Assembly: GCA_947568535.1 (NCBI GenBank) | Contig: CANOPF010000002.1 | Coordinates: 1-53,682, forward strand | Reading direction: 5' to 3' | From: an uncultured Clostridium sp. | GTDB lineage: Bacteria; Bacillota; Clostridia; TANB77; CAG-508 | Length of the DNA: 53,682 bases | Shown: positions 37,528-47,004 of the stretch, one piece after another | Numbering within the stretch: position 1 is the stretch's first letter | How the letters are laid out: each line of letters begins with the position of its first letter | Notes under the pieces: model-generated | The model's input: only the letters and a program-made list of their open reading frames with translations | The model's database searches: none | What the model was told of the DNA's origin: nothing | Made by a program: the position numbers and the translations under genes

Positions 37528-39918
37528 ATGTTTCAAAATATTATGGAAAAAGAAAATCAAAAAGTCAATGTTTTTTCAAAGGTATTTGATGTAAAAAATA
37601 TAGTCATATATATTATTTCATTTATGTTATCAATGGTAGGACTAGGAGGGGAATTCTCTGTTTTTAGTATTAGTATGTTAGGAGCTTGTTTAGCATCTTC
37701 TGTACCTGCACTAGGCGTTATTTTGGTATCACTAATGGGAAATTTAGTGAAATATGGAGTGGGAGGAGCACTAGGATATTTCTTGACAGCATTGGTATTA
37801 GTAGCTATTCTATTCCTTTTTAAACCAAGATATAATGAAAGAGAAAGAAATGAGAAAATTAGAATGGGAAAACAGGTATTATTTTCTATTCTTATTATAC
37901 AAATGGTAAAATTGGGCATTTCTGGCTTTACTATTTATGACATTTTATCTAGTATTACATTATCTATTATTGGGTTTGTATTCTATAAAATTTTTGTTAA
38001 TTCCACTCTTGTGTTACAAGAATTTTGGACAAGAAGAGCTTTTACCATTGAAGAATTAATTGGTGCAAGTTTGTTACTAGCTATTAGTGTAGGAGCTTTT
38101 GGCGAATGGAATATTTTTGGATTTGGTATAAAAAATATCTTAAGCATTCTTATTGTTATGATATTAGGATGGAAAAATGGTGTATTAGTGGGAACAACGG
38201 CAGGAGTAACCATAGGAGTAACGTTAGGAGTAATTACTGGATCAGAACCAATTATGATAGCAGCATATGCTATCTCTGGTATGATGGCAGGTGTTTTAAA
38301 TCGTTTTGGAAAAATTGGTGTAGTAGTTGGCTTTACACTAGGCAATGTTATTTTAGCATATGTTTCTAATGGATATACGATTGAACTAATTTTATTTAAA
38401 GAAATCTTGATTGCTTCTATTGGTTTATTGGCTGTTCCTAACCATATCCATATTGAATTAGAGGAATTTATAGGAAAAACAAAATTATTACCAGTAACAC
38501 CAGATCGAGCATTAACAAGAAGTAAAGAAGTAGCGGATAACCTAAACCATGTATCAGAAGCTATTCAAGAAATGGCGACAAGCTATCATCAAGTAGAAAA
38601 CACATCATATGAGGCGAATAAACAAATTTTTATTACAGAACTATTAAGTAATTTAGAACCTTATCAAGATAATATGTTATATGAAGATATGGCTGATACA
38701 GAAGGAAAAATAGTCGATGAAATCTTTAAATATCTATTGGATAAACAAGAGATCAATCGACAAGCATTATTGGAAACATTTGCTAAAGGAAATAGTTATA
38801 TTGTTGGTTTTGAGGATACAGATATTAGTCAATATTTAGAGCAAAATCTTTCACAAATGATTCGTATGATTAATGTATCATATAAAGTAGCTAAAACAGA
38901 TTTTATTTGGCAAAAAAGAGTAGAAGAAAATCAAAAAAATATGGGGAAACAATTAGATAGTGTTTCTAAGGCTATTCAAAAAATGGCAAAAGGAATTGAA
39001 AACGATATAGAAAATGAAGTTCAGTATCAAAAACAGAAAACAGAGATTATAGAATTATTGAAACAGAAATCCATTCTTATACAAGATCTTTCGATTAAAA
39101 AAGAAGGAAGATATATGCTAGAGCTATATGTAAATGAAATATTAGAAACAAGTAAAATTGAAATAATAGAAAAGATTATTTCACAGGTTTTAGCAGAGCG
39201 TATTGTTTTACATGAAGAAACAAGCATAGGAAAAAAATTAAATTTCTTATCAGATGATAAATATATTATGGCCATAGCAACGGGAGAGAGTACAAAAAGT
39301 AAAAGTGAGTCATCAGGCGATAGTATGCTAAATATACGATTAAAAGATGGAAAATATTTAGTAGCCATTAGTGATGGAATGGGAACAGGGAAAAAAGCTA
39401 AACAAAGTAGTACACAATCGCTAAGAATGTTGGAAAATCTTTTATTATCTGGATTTGATAAAACGATTTCTCTTGATTTAATTAATACCACATTAATGAA
39501 TCAAAATTTCGAAACGTTTGCTACACTAGATATAGCCATTATTGATTTATATGAAGGGAATATTGAATTTATTAAAAGCGGAGCTTGTCCAACGTATATC
39601 AAGAATAAGAAAAAAGTACAAATGATAAAATCAAATTCTTTACCTACAGGAATGGTAGAAGCAAATCATATACAAACTTTTGATAAAGACATTGTTTCTG
39701 ATGATATTATGCTCATGTGTTCTGATGGTATATTAGATGCTAATATCGAATATAAAAATAAAGAATTGTGGATCAAATATATGTTAGAAGATATTGAGAC
39801 CAATAATACCAAAAAAATTGCTGATTTGATTTTGAATGAAGCAATAGATAATCAATTTGGTAATATTAAAGATGATATGAGTATTATGGTTTGTAAATTT
39901 AAAGAAAAAGAAAGTTAG
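37528..39918 (+). CDS. spoIIE: Stage II sporulation protein E (membrane PP2C phosphatase)
   Basis: About 10 N-terminal TM helices, a central regulatory region, and a C-terminal PP2C block SGDSMLNIRLKDGKYLVAISDGMGTGKKA...DGILDA...DDMSIMVCKF. ATG 37528 is preferred (AGAGGTGG SD) over the GTG at 37519 in the track. Confidence 0.9.
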   Translation: MFQNIMEKENQKVNVFSKVFDVKNIVIYIISFMLSMVGLGGEFSVFSISMLGACLASSVPALGVILVSLMGNLVKYGVGGALGYFLTALVLVAILFLFKPRYNERERNEKIRMGKQVLFSILIIQMVKLGISGFTIYDILSSITLSIIGFVFYKIFVNSTLVLQEFWTRRAFTIEELIGASLLLAISVGAFGEWNIFGFGIKNILSILIVMILGWKNGVLVGTTAGVTIGVTLGVITGSEPIMIAAYAISGMMAGVLNRFGKIGVVVGFTLGNVILAYVSNGYTIELILFKEILIASIGLLAVPNHIHIELEEFIGKTKLLPVTPDRALTRSKEVADNLNHVSEAIQEMATSYHQVENTSYEANKQIFITELLSNLEPYQDNMLYEDMADTEGKIVDEIFKYLLDKQEINRQALLETFAKGNSYIVGFEDTDISQYLEQNLSQMIRMINVSYKVAKTDFIWQKRVEENQKNMGKQLDSVSKAIQKMAKGIENDIENEVQYQKQKTEIIELLKQKSILIQDLSIKKEGRYMLELYVNEILETSKIEIIEKIISQVLAERIVLHEETSIGKKLNFLSDDKYIMAIATGESTKSKSESSGDSMLNIRLKDGKYLVAISDGMGTGKKAKQSSTQSLRMLENLLLSGFDKTISLDLINTTLMNQNFETFATLDIAIIDLYEGNIEFIKSGACPTYIKNKKKVQMIKSNSLPTGMVEANHIQTFDKDIVSDDIMLMCSDGILDANIEYKNKELWIKYMLEDIETNNTKKIADLILNEAIDNQFGNIKDDMSIMVCKFKEKES

Positions 39919-39929
39919 CGTATACAAAG

Positions 39930-39955
39930 GAGGCTTAAAAGCCTCTTTTATATTT
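39930..39955 (+). terminator. Intrinsic terminator after spoIIE
   Basis: GAGGC/TTAAAA/GCCTC followed by TTTTATATTTT. Confidence 0.55.
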
Positions 39956-40067
39956 TCTTTAATAGATATCCTTACTATGTATCAAAAAACCAAACTTAAA
40001 TCGTCATAACTATTGAAACCAAAAAGGTTTTATGATATAGTGTAAATGTTAAAAAGGAGGCAAAACG

Positions 40068-41588
40068 ATGAGTAAAGGAAAAAGATATGATGAACCAAAA
40101 TTGAACCTAAAAAAAGTATTTGCTGTAGTCATAGCAATAATTGTTTTCATTATGTTTATGGTTATTCTTATGGGTATAATCAATAAAGATAAAGAACAAG
40201 GAAAAATAGTGAGTAAAGACTATGTAACCATATTAGAAAATAACAAATGGGGAGTTATGGATTCGAATGGAAATATCATCATTGATCCTGCTTATGAAGA
40301 AATGATGATTATCCCTAATCGTAAAAAAGATATCTTCTTATGTATATATGATGTAAATTATCAGACTGGAGAATATAAGACAAAAGTTTTAAATAGCCAA
40401 AATCAAGAGATTTTTACACAATATGAACAAATAGAAGCCATAGCTAATCAAGATATTAATGGAAATGTGCTATATGATGAGAATGTACTAAAAGTAAAAA
40501 AAGAAGGAAAATATGGCATCATTAATCTAGAAGGGAAAGAGTTAACTACTTTTCAATATGATGAAATTATGCCATTTCAAGGGATGCAAGATAGATTAAA
40601 AATAAGCAAAGATGGAAAAATAGGCGTAATCGATCAAGAAGGAAAAGAATGGATAGCACCACAATACTTAGAAGTTACCAATTTAGGTAAAAACAGCAAA
40701 GAAGGTTTTATGGTAAAAGCAGAAGATGGTAAATATGGGATAGTAGATGATACCAATCAAGTGATATTAGTGACAAAATATGATGCTATTAGTAAAGTTC
40801 ATGAACAAGATAGATATGTAGTAAAACAGGGAGAAAAACAAGTTTTAGTTAAAAAAGATGGAACAGAGATATTAACGACTGGTTCTGATGAAATAATAGA
40901 AATCCTAAAAAATGAGCAAGATGGAGTTATTTATGCACAAAAGGGAAAATATGGGGTAATGAAAGCATCAGGAGAAATTGTTATTACGCCAGATTATGAA
41001 GAACTAAAAGAAGCAAAAGCAGGATTATTCATTGCTAAACAGAAGGGAAAATATGGTGTAATTGATGAACAAAAATCTACTAAAATAGAATTTAATTATA
41101 CCCATATTAATTACCAAGAAAAAGCAGATTTATATGTAGCAGAAAAAGAAGATTATCATAATGATATTATCGATCATGACTTTAATATCAGACAATCTGG
41201 GATTTTAATGGATTTAGATGAAGAAAAGGGATACTTATCATTAAAACAAGGAGAAGAAGAGAGATATTATAATTTCAAATTTGAAGAAAAGAAAGTAGCA
41301 GAAATCTATATAGACCACAATTTATTTAAAAGCAAAAAAGAAGGTAAATATGGTTTTGTGGATAAAAACGGAAAGGTAGTTGTTGACTACATTTATGATG
41401 ATGTAACACAACAAAATTCATATGGGTATGCAGGAATCAAGAAAGAAGGTAAATGGGGAGCAATTGACCGTCAAGGAAATGTAGTGCAAGAACCAACCTA
41501 TGATTTAGAAGATTACTTAAAAATTGATTTTATTGGTAAATGGCATTTAGGAAAAGATATGAATATGAATTATTATCATCAACAGTAG
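40068..41588 (+). CDS. WG-repeat (KWG) protein with N-terminal membrane anchor
   Basis: About 8 repeats of the type GKYG(I/V)(I/V)D..G..(I/V)...YDE(I/V), for example GKYGIINLEGKELTTFQYDEI, GKIGVIDQEGKEWIAPQY, GKYGFVDKNGKVVVDYIYDDV and GKWGAIDRQGNVV. TM segment VFAVVIAIIVFIMFMVILMGII. Confidence 0.75.
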   Translation: MSKGKRYDEPKLNLKKVFAVVIAIIVFIMFMVILMGIINKDKEQGKIVSKDYVTILENNKWGVMDSNGNIIIDPAYEEMMIIPNRKKDIFLCIYDVNYQTGEYKTKVLNSQNQEIFTQYEQIEAIANQDINGNVLYDENVLKVKKEGKYGIINLEGKELTTFQYDEIMPFQGMQDRLKISKDGKIGVIDQEGKEWIAPQYLEVTNLGKNSKEGFMVKAEDGKYGIVDDTNQVILVTKYDAISKVHEQDRYVVKQGEKQVLVKKDGTEILTTGSDEIIEILKNEQDGVIYAQKGKYGVMKASGEIVITPDYEELKEAKAGLFIAKQKGKYGVIDEQKSTKIEFNYTHINYQEKADLYVAEKEDYHNDIIDHDFNIRQSGILMDLDEEKGYLSLKQGEEERYYNFKFEEKKVAEIYIDHNLFKSKKEGKYGFVDKNGKVVVDYIYDDVTQQNSYGYAGIKKEGKWGAIDRQGNVVQEPTYDLEDYLKIDFIGKWHLGKDMNMNYYHQQ

Positions 41589-41601
41589 AGAGGAAATGTA
41601 A

Positions 41602-42834
41602 ATGGAACTAAAGACGAACTATCAATATACTTATTTTATTCATCCTTTTGTTATCAAGGATGGACAGTATCAAAAATATATACTAAAAATGTTAAAAGAC
41701 AAAAACTGTAGATTAAAAGTTTTCCAGAAAGAAAAAGATTTAAAATTATATCAATATTTTTTACCTAACATGAGAGAATTTTTATTTTCTAGTTTTCGTT
41801 ATAGTCATACTAAGATGCGAAGATTAGCAGAATTACCTATAGAAACAAGAGCAGCTTTATTAAGTAAAAACTCCTGTAATATATTTGAATATACATTAAA
41901 GAGAGAGATTCAGGGGAAAATAGAAAAAAGTAATGGTATATTTTTTACTATACAGAAAATAGAAATTATCTGTTTTTCTACAGGTATCTCTTTTTTAGCC
42001 ATAAAAACAAATCTTGAAGAATCGATAGAATTGAATAATATTCTAAACTTTAATTACAAATTTAGAGATATCAATAATACATTAATCAATTTAGAAAGTT
42101 ATGATAATATACGTATTCAGACAGATAGTTTTGCTGATACGCAGGTATTTCAAAAGTTTATACAAGAGATAACAGGTTCTCATGAAGAAGCAACAAAATT
42201 AGATATTGATACAGAAAGATTTTTGACATATTCATATGTATGTATAGATCAAGATAGATGGAATAGTGAAACAAGTTTTGAACAAATTAAATATCCATTT
42301 ATTAAATATGCCAATATTTTACCAGCAGATGATAGTAGAGATTATGAATATGAAAAAATACATACTTTTTCCAGATGGCGATATGCAAAGTTAGGACTGA
42401 CTAAATTAGGCATGAGTCTGTTTTCTTCTAGTAGTGACATCAATAATTATACGATTTTGCCAGAAGACTATGAGAATCAATACTTTTATACATATATTTT
42501 TAATCTTTATCAAAAAATATATTTAAGGAAAATACAATTAGAGTTAAAAAAAGTTACCAAAATAAAGCAAGCAAGAAAACAGTTTGTCAAATTTACAAAG
42601 GAGTTGTGGATACAAGAAATAACACAAGATGAAACAGGAACATTACTAAATGATAAATTACATGAAGTATTTGCATTAGATAAATTATATAAAGAAACAA
42701 AAAGTAAATATGATATCTTATATAAGGAGCTAAATATTGAAAAAGATAGAAGCATAGTATGGATAATTGTAATCATATTGATGGTCTCATTCGTATTAAA
42801 TGTTTTAAATTTTATTCTATTAATGAAAAGGTAA
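41602..42834 (+). CDS. Hypothetical 410-aa protein with a single C-terminal TM helix
   Basis: Good SD (GAGAGGAAA). Cytoplasmic globular part, coiled-coil stretch, then terminal IVWIIVIILMVSFVLNVLNFILLMKR. No motif I recognise. Confidence 0.6.
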   Translation: MELKTNYQYTYFIHPFVIKDGQYQKYILKMLKDKNCRLKVFQKEKDLKLYQYFLPNMREFLFSSFRYSHTKMRRLAELPIETRAALLSKNSCNIFEYTLKREIQGKIEKSNGIFFTIQKIEIICFSTGISFLAIKTNLEESIELNNILNFNYKFRDINNTLINLESYDNIRIQTDSFADTQVFQKFIQEITGSHEEATKLDIDTERFLTYSYVCIDQDRWNSETSFEQIKYPFIKYANILPADDSRDYEYEKIHTFSRWRYAKLGLTKLGMSLFSSSSDINNYTILPEDYENQYFYTYIFNLYQKIYLRKIQLELKKVTKIKQARKQFVKFTKELWIQEITQDETGTLLNDKLHEVFALDKLYKETKSKYDILYKELNIEKDRSIVWIIVIILMVSFVLNVLNFILLMKR

Positions 42835-42851
42835 AGAAGAGGAGAATACAA

Positions 42852-43232
42852 ATGAAGATTTGTTGCGGTACAGATATTATTGAAATTGAGAGAATCAAAG
42901 AAAGTATAGAAGATCCAAGAATGGGAAAAGCATTTTTAACCAGAATATATACACAAAAAGAGATACATTATTGTGAAAGTAAAAAGAAACAAAAATATCA
43001 ACACTATGCTGCTAGATTTGCTGCTAAAGAAGCGACCTTTAAAGCCATATCACAGCAATTAGCAGACAAATATTCCATCACATGGAAAGATATCGAAGTT
43101 ATTAATGATGAACAAGGTAGACCACAACTTAACTTATTTGGCATTGATTTAAACAACATAGAGGATATGGATTTAAGTATTTCACATTGTAAAGAATATG
43201 CGATAGCCAATGTAATGTTATTAAGAAAATAA
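42852..43232 (+). CDS. acpS: Holo-[acyl-carrier-protein] synthase
   Basis: GTDIIEIERI...FLTRIYTQKE...AARFAAKEATFKA...IEVINDEQGRPQL...ISHCKEYAIANVML. ATG 42852 has an AGAGGAGAA SD. The upstream extension in the track overlaps the previous gene. Confidence 0.9.
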   Translation: MKICCGTDIIEIERIKESIEDPRMGKAFLTRIYTQKEIHYCESKKKQKYQHYAARFAAKEATFKAISQQLADKYSITWKDIEVINDEQGRPQLNLFGIDLNNIEDMDLSISHCKEYAIANVMLLRK

Positions 43233-43254
43233 GTATAAGGAGAGGGCAATTCAG

Positions 43255-44043
43255 ATGGAATTTTTTGATAGTCATGCACATTTAGACGATGAAAAATTTG
43301 ACGAAGATAGAGATATCATTATTCAGCACATAAAACAAGCAGGAATATCTAGATTAATTTCGGCAGGGTATAGTTTATCATCTTCAGAGAAAGCAAAGAA
43401 TTTGGCAGAAGCAAATGATTTTATTTATGCCACTGGTGGGATTTCTCCTAATGATATTCCACAAACAGAAGAGGAATTGTGGAATAGTATAAGTCAAATC
43501 AAGAAAATTGCACAACAAAGTAAAAAAATAGTAGCCATTGGTGAGATTGGCTTAGATTATTATTGGGAGCAGAAAAATAAAGAATTACAAAAGATGGCTT
43601 TTATCCAACAAATCAAATTAGCGAATGAATTAACATTACCTATTGTTATCCATACCAGAGAGGCTGTTATGGATACCATTGAAATATTAAAGCACCATGA
43701 AGTACAGTTAAAAGGTGTATTCCATTGCTGTCCACTTAATCGAGAACTAGTGAGAGAAGCGTTAAACTTAGGCTTTTTCATTTCTTTTGCTGGTCCAGTC
43801 ACATTTAAAAATGCAAAAAATGCAGATGAAGTGATCAACATGGTTCCCCAGGAAAACATTTTGATTGAGACAGATAGTCCATATTTATCACCAGAACCAT
43901 TTAGAGGCAAAAGAAATGATTCTAGAAATGTAAGATATATTGCTGAAAAGATAGCACAAGTCAAGGATATGGATTTAGCCCAAGTAGCATCGATTACCTA
44001 TGAAAATGCTATGAGATTATTTGGAATAGAAAAAAGCATATAA
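43255..44043 (+). CDS. tatD: TatD-family metal-dependent hydrolase (YabD-like)
   Basis: FDSHAHLDDEKF..., IGEIGLDYYW, PIVIHTREA, GVFHCC, FAGPVTFKNA and ETDSPYLSPEPFRGKRN motifs. Confidence 0.9.
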   Translation: MEFFDSHAHLDDEKFDEDRDIIIQHIKQAGISRLISAGYSLSSSEKAKNLAEANDFIYATGGISPNDIPQTEEELWNSISQIKKIAQQSKKIVAIGEIGLDYYWEQKNKELQKMAFIQQIKLANELTLPIVIHTREAVMDTIEILKHHEVQLKGVFHCCPLNRELVREALNLGFFISFAGPVTFKNAKNADEVINMVPQENILIETDSPYLSPEPFRGKRNDSRNVRYIAEKIAQVKDMDLAQVASITYENAMRLFGIEKSI

Positions 44044-44063
44044 TGTCATTTATATGCTTTTTT
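44031..44063. terminator. Bidirectional terminator between convergent tatD and htpX
   Basis: Perfect 13-bp stem AAAAAGCATATAA (44031-44043) with TTATATGCTTTTT (44050-44062). It overlaps the tatD stop codon. Confidence 0.6.
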
Positions 44064-44065
44064 GG

Positions 44066-44971
44066 TTATTTTAGATTTTTTAATGCTTCAATTCTATCTT
44101 CTATACTAGGATGAGTAGACCATAAACTAGAAGATTTTTTCTTACCTTCTTTAGTATTCTTTTTAAAGGGATTAACAATATACATATTAGCAGTAGCACT
44201 GTTAGCGGTAGCCAATTGATTGTCATCAGCATCGAGTTTTTCAAGAGCAGAAATTAATCCATCTGGGTTTCGGGTAAATTCAATAGCAGTACTATCTGCT
44301 AAAAACTCTCTTTTTCGAGAAAGTGCTAATTGCATTAACGAACCAAAGATAGGAGACAAAATTAAGAAAATAAGTCCAATAATCATTAAAATACCATTTC
44401 CTTTATTGTCATTATCTCTATCATTATTGAATCCTCCCCAAAATAAGGCACGAGAGAAAAGATCTGACAACATAACGATAAATCCCACCATTACTGATAC
44501 AATACAACTAAGTCTAATATCATAATTTTTAATATGGCTTAATTCGTGAGCAATGACACCTTCTAGTTCATAATAATCCAATTTTTCTAGAAGACCAGTT
44601 GTGACACAAATGACTGCGTTTTCGGGGTTTCTTCCTGTAGCAAAAGCATTTGGTTGAGGATCATCTGTCACATATAATCTAGGTTTTACGGATAAGCCAG
44701 AGGTTACCATTAAGGCATCTAAGATATTGACAAGTTTTAAGTCTTCTTCTTTTGTGGCTGGTCTAGCTCGATTTAATGTTAATACAATTTTATCACTGTA
44801 ATAATAGGAACCCCAAGCAGAAGCTACAGAAAAAGTAAGTGCAAATAGAATTGATAGGGGACCTAATCTTAAGGCGTGACAAATGTAGTAAACGATTAAT
44901 GTAATAACCACTATAAAAATGGTGATAATTATACCAGATTCTAATTTATTTTTTCTTATATTTTCAAACAT
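44066..44971 (-). CDS. htpX: M48-family zinc metalloprotease HtpX
   Basis: HELSHIKNYD (HExxH), four TM segments, downstream ...EFLADSTAIEFT and a C-terminal STHPSIEDRIEALK motif. Confidence 0.9.
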   Translation of the reverse strand: MFENIRKNKLESGIIITIFIVVITLIVYYICHALRLGPLSILFALTFSVASAWGSYYYSDKIVLTLNRARPATKEEDLKLVNILDALMVTSGLSVKPRLYVTDDPQPNAFATGRNPENAVICVTTGLLEKLDYYELEGVIAHELSHIKNYDIRLSCIVSVMVGFIVMLSDLFSRALFWGGFNNDRDNDNKGNGILMIIGLIFLILSPIFGSLMQLALSRKREFLADSTAIEFTRNPDGLISALEKLDADDNQLATANSATANMYIVNPFKKNTKEGKKKSSSLWSTHPSIEDRIEALKNLK

Positions 44972-45009
44972 TGTTCATTTTTCCTTTCTTGCCATTTAAT
45001 AAAAAGGGT

Positions 45010-45043
45010 TGGAAATTGATTAAACCTCCAACCACCCTATTTG
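45010..45043 (-). terminator. Hairpin plus T-run between lemA and htpX (terminator/attenuator on the minus strand)
   Basis: Minus-strand GGTTGGA (45043-45037), 13-nt loop, TCCAACC (45023-45017), followed by CTTTTTATT. Confidence 0.45.
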
Positions 45044-45050
45044 TATCGAA

Positions 45051-45614
45051 TTATGCATTTGAACCAAAATCTACTTTTACATTTTTTCTTGCTTCATCAC
45101 TTTCTGCTTTGAATAAGTCACGAGAAGTAAAGTGAAACATACTAGCGATAATATTAGAAGGGAATACTTGTAATTTCGTGTTATACATGGTTACTGTATC
45201 ATTATAGAATTGTCTAGAAAAAGAAATTTTATTTTCTGTATTTCGTAATTCTTCGGATAAGTCAGCAAAGTTTTGGTTCGCTTTTAGTTCAGGATAACTT
45301 TCAGAAACTGCCATTATCGTTTTTAATGCACTAGATAATTGGTTATCTAAGTTTGCCTTTTCAGAAATACTTTGTGTGTTTGCCCAAGAAGTTCTTAGTT
45401 CAGCTATTTTGGTGAATGTTTCTTTCTCATGCGTCATGTATCCTTTTACTGTTTCTACAAAGTTAGGGATTAAATCAAATCTTCTTTGTAATTGTACGTC
45501 GATTTGACTCCAAGCATTATCCACTTTTATTTTAGATTGTACTAAACCATTATACATACCAATAATGGCAATAACAAGAATAGCAATGATAGCTAATATA
45601 ATCCAAACGATCAT
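45051..45614 (-). CDS. lemA: LemA family protein
   Basis: N-terminal TM segment followed by YNGLVQSKIKVDNAWSQIDVQLQRRFDLIPNFVETVKGY...ESYPELKANQNF..L..EL...ENKISFSRQFYND, the LemA signature. Confidence 0.9.
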   Translation of the reverse strand: MIVWIILAIIAILVIAIIGMYNGLVQSKIKVDNAWSQIDVQLQRRFDLIPNFVETVKGYMTHEKETFTKIAELRTSWANTQSISEKANLDNQLSSALKTIMAVSESYPELKANQNFADLSEELRNTENKISFSRQFYNDTVTMYNTKLQVFPSNIIASMFHFTSRDLFKAESDEARKNVKVDFGSNA

Positions 45615-45794
45615 GTAAATTCCTCCTTATTTTTATTATATACAAATTTATCATAACATATTAAAAAAATTTATACAACAAAATTATGAAAATATTGTGA
45701 AAATTAGGTAATATTTTAAAGAGATAAACATATACTATAGTAAATCCTTATTTGATTAGGAAGGACAAAGGATAAAGGCAAAAATTTACTAAAT

Positions 45795-45823
45795 TTGACA
45801 AATCATGATTAAAATGGTATAAT
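45795..45823 (+). promoter_or_regulatory. Consensus sigma-A promoter with extended -10
   Basis: TTGACA (45795-45800), 17-nt spacer, TGgTATAAT (45815-45823), 34 nt upstream of the ATG at 45857. Confidence 0.6.
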
Positions 45824-45856
45824 TTAGTTGTTGCCAAAAGGAGGTAATTAATTTAT

Positions 45857-46858
45857 ATGAAAAAAGATGAACAAGCTTCCCTATCAATAATGAAAATTAT
45901 TTGTATTAGTATTATATTAATTCTCATCTCAGGCATTGGTGTTATGGCAGTTAATATCAAACTAAATGATGTTAAAATTATCCTTCAAAATGGATATGAA
46001 ATGACAGTCCTAACATCAAAAACAAAAGTATCTGAAATTTTAGAAGATAACAAAATCATATTACAAGAAAATCAAAAAACTATACCAGATGTAGAAAGTG
46101 AAATTACTGCGGGGGAAAGCATAAAAATTACAGATAAATCTTATCAAGAAGTACAAATTGCTAAAATATCAGAAGAAGGAGTAGAAACTTCTTTAGAGCA
46201 ATTATTAGAAAATTATGCACCAATTACGGAAAAAATTATTGTAGAGCAAGTGGAGATTCCTTATGAGACAATCACAAAAAATACAACAGATGCCAAAGAA
46301 GGTACAACCAATAAAGTATTACAAGAAGGAAAGAATGGTTTAAAAGAAGTAACCTATAAAGTGAAATATCAAAAGGAAGTCGAAATAGAAAAAAATGTAT
46401 TATCAGAAGTTATCGTAAAAGAGCCAGTCAATAAAATTGTACAAGTTCAAAAAACAGTAACATCAAGAGCAGGAACAACAAGAACAGCAACGAACAAGGC
46501 AACCACATCTTATTCAGGAGGAAAATGGTCATACTCAGCTAGTGAATTTGATTTACTATGTGCTATTACAGCACAAGAGTGTAGTTCAAGTTATACAGGT
46601 TCATTAGCAGTTATTACTACTGCTTGTAATCGAGCAGAAGCTAGAGGTACAGATCCATTGACAGAATATAAAAGGAAAGGGCAATTCTGTTATTCTATCG
46701 ATTCTCATTGGAAGAAAAGATTAAATGGTAATTATTCTGGGAATGTATCTAAAGCAGTAAAAGATGCATTAAATGGTACTAGAAATCACAATTATCGTTC
46801 TTTTCGAACAGCTGGTACTCATGCAGGAGTAAATATTGGAGGTAATGTATATTTTTAA
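45857..46858 (+). CDS. Membrane-anchored DUF348 + G5 domain protein with C-terminal SleB-like cell-wall hydrolase domain
   Basis: DUF348-like VKIILQNGYEMTVLTSKTKVSEIL. G5-like IPYETITKNTTDAKEGTTNKVLQEGKNGLKEVTYKVKY...V. C-terminal ...LLCAITAQEC...LAVITTACNRAE...GQFCYS pattern of Hydrolase_2. Confidence 0.7.
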   Translation: MKKDEQASLSIMKIICISIILILISGIGVMAVNIKLNDVKIILQNGYEMTVLTSKTKVSEILEDNKIILQENQKTIPDVESEITAGESIKITDKSYQEVQIAKISEEGVETSLEQLLENYAPITEKIIVEQVEIPYETITKNTTDAKEGTTNKVLQEGKNGLKEVTYKVKYQKEVEIEKNVLSEVIVKEPVNKIVQVQKTVTSRAGTTRTATNKATTSYSGGKWSYSASEFDLLCAITAQECSSSYTGSLAVITTACNRAEARGTDPLTEYKRKGQFCYSIDSHWKKRLNGNYSGNVSKAVKDALNGTRNHNYRSFRTAGTHAGVNIGGNVYF

Positions 46859-46860
46859 GG

Positions 46861-46889
46861 AAAAAAGGCTATCAAGATAGTCTTTTTTT
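46861..46889 (+). terminator. Intrinsic terminator
   Basis: AAAAAAGGCTAT/CAAG/ATAGTCTTTTTTT. Confidence 0.55.
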
Positions 46890-47004
46890 GTTACACAGAA
46901 AAATGTTTTTATTTTTCTATACCATAAACACGTTGTGCTCCAAATAGGGCATGTATAGTTATGGAAAAGGTTAAGATATTTTTTTATTTTACATAACAGA
47001 GGAG

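Noticed and set aside
37557-39491. Minus-strand ORFs of 120-154 aa inside spoIIE (37557-37919, 37983-38345, 39027-39491), and similar antisense ORFs inside pcrA (7168-7596), PBP2, the giant genes and htpX (44220-44525).
   Set aside because: They lie entirely antisense to, or out of frame with, long well-supported genes. They have low-complexity Ile/Leu/Phe/Ser-rich composition typical of shadow ORFs in AT-rich DNA, and they lack SD sequences.
42759-42851. Upstream extension of acpS given in the ORF track (start 42759).
   Set aside because: It overlaps the end of the preceding gene, encodes no AcpS-like sequence and lacks an SD. ATG 42852 has a good SD and gives the canonical MKI..GTDIIEI N-terminus.
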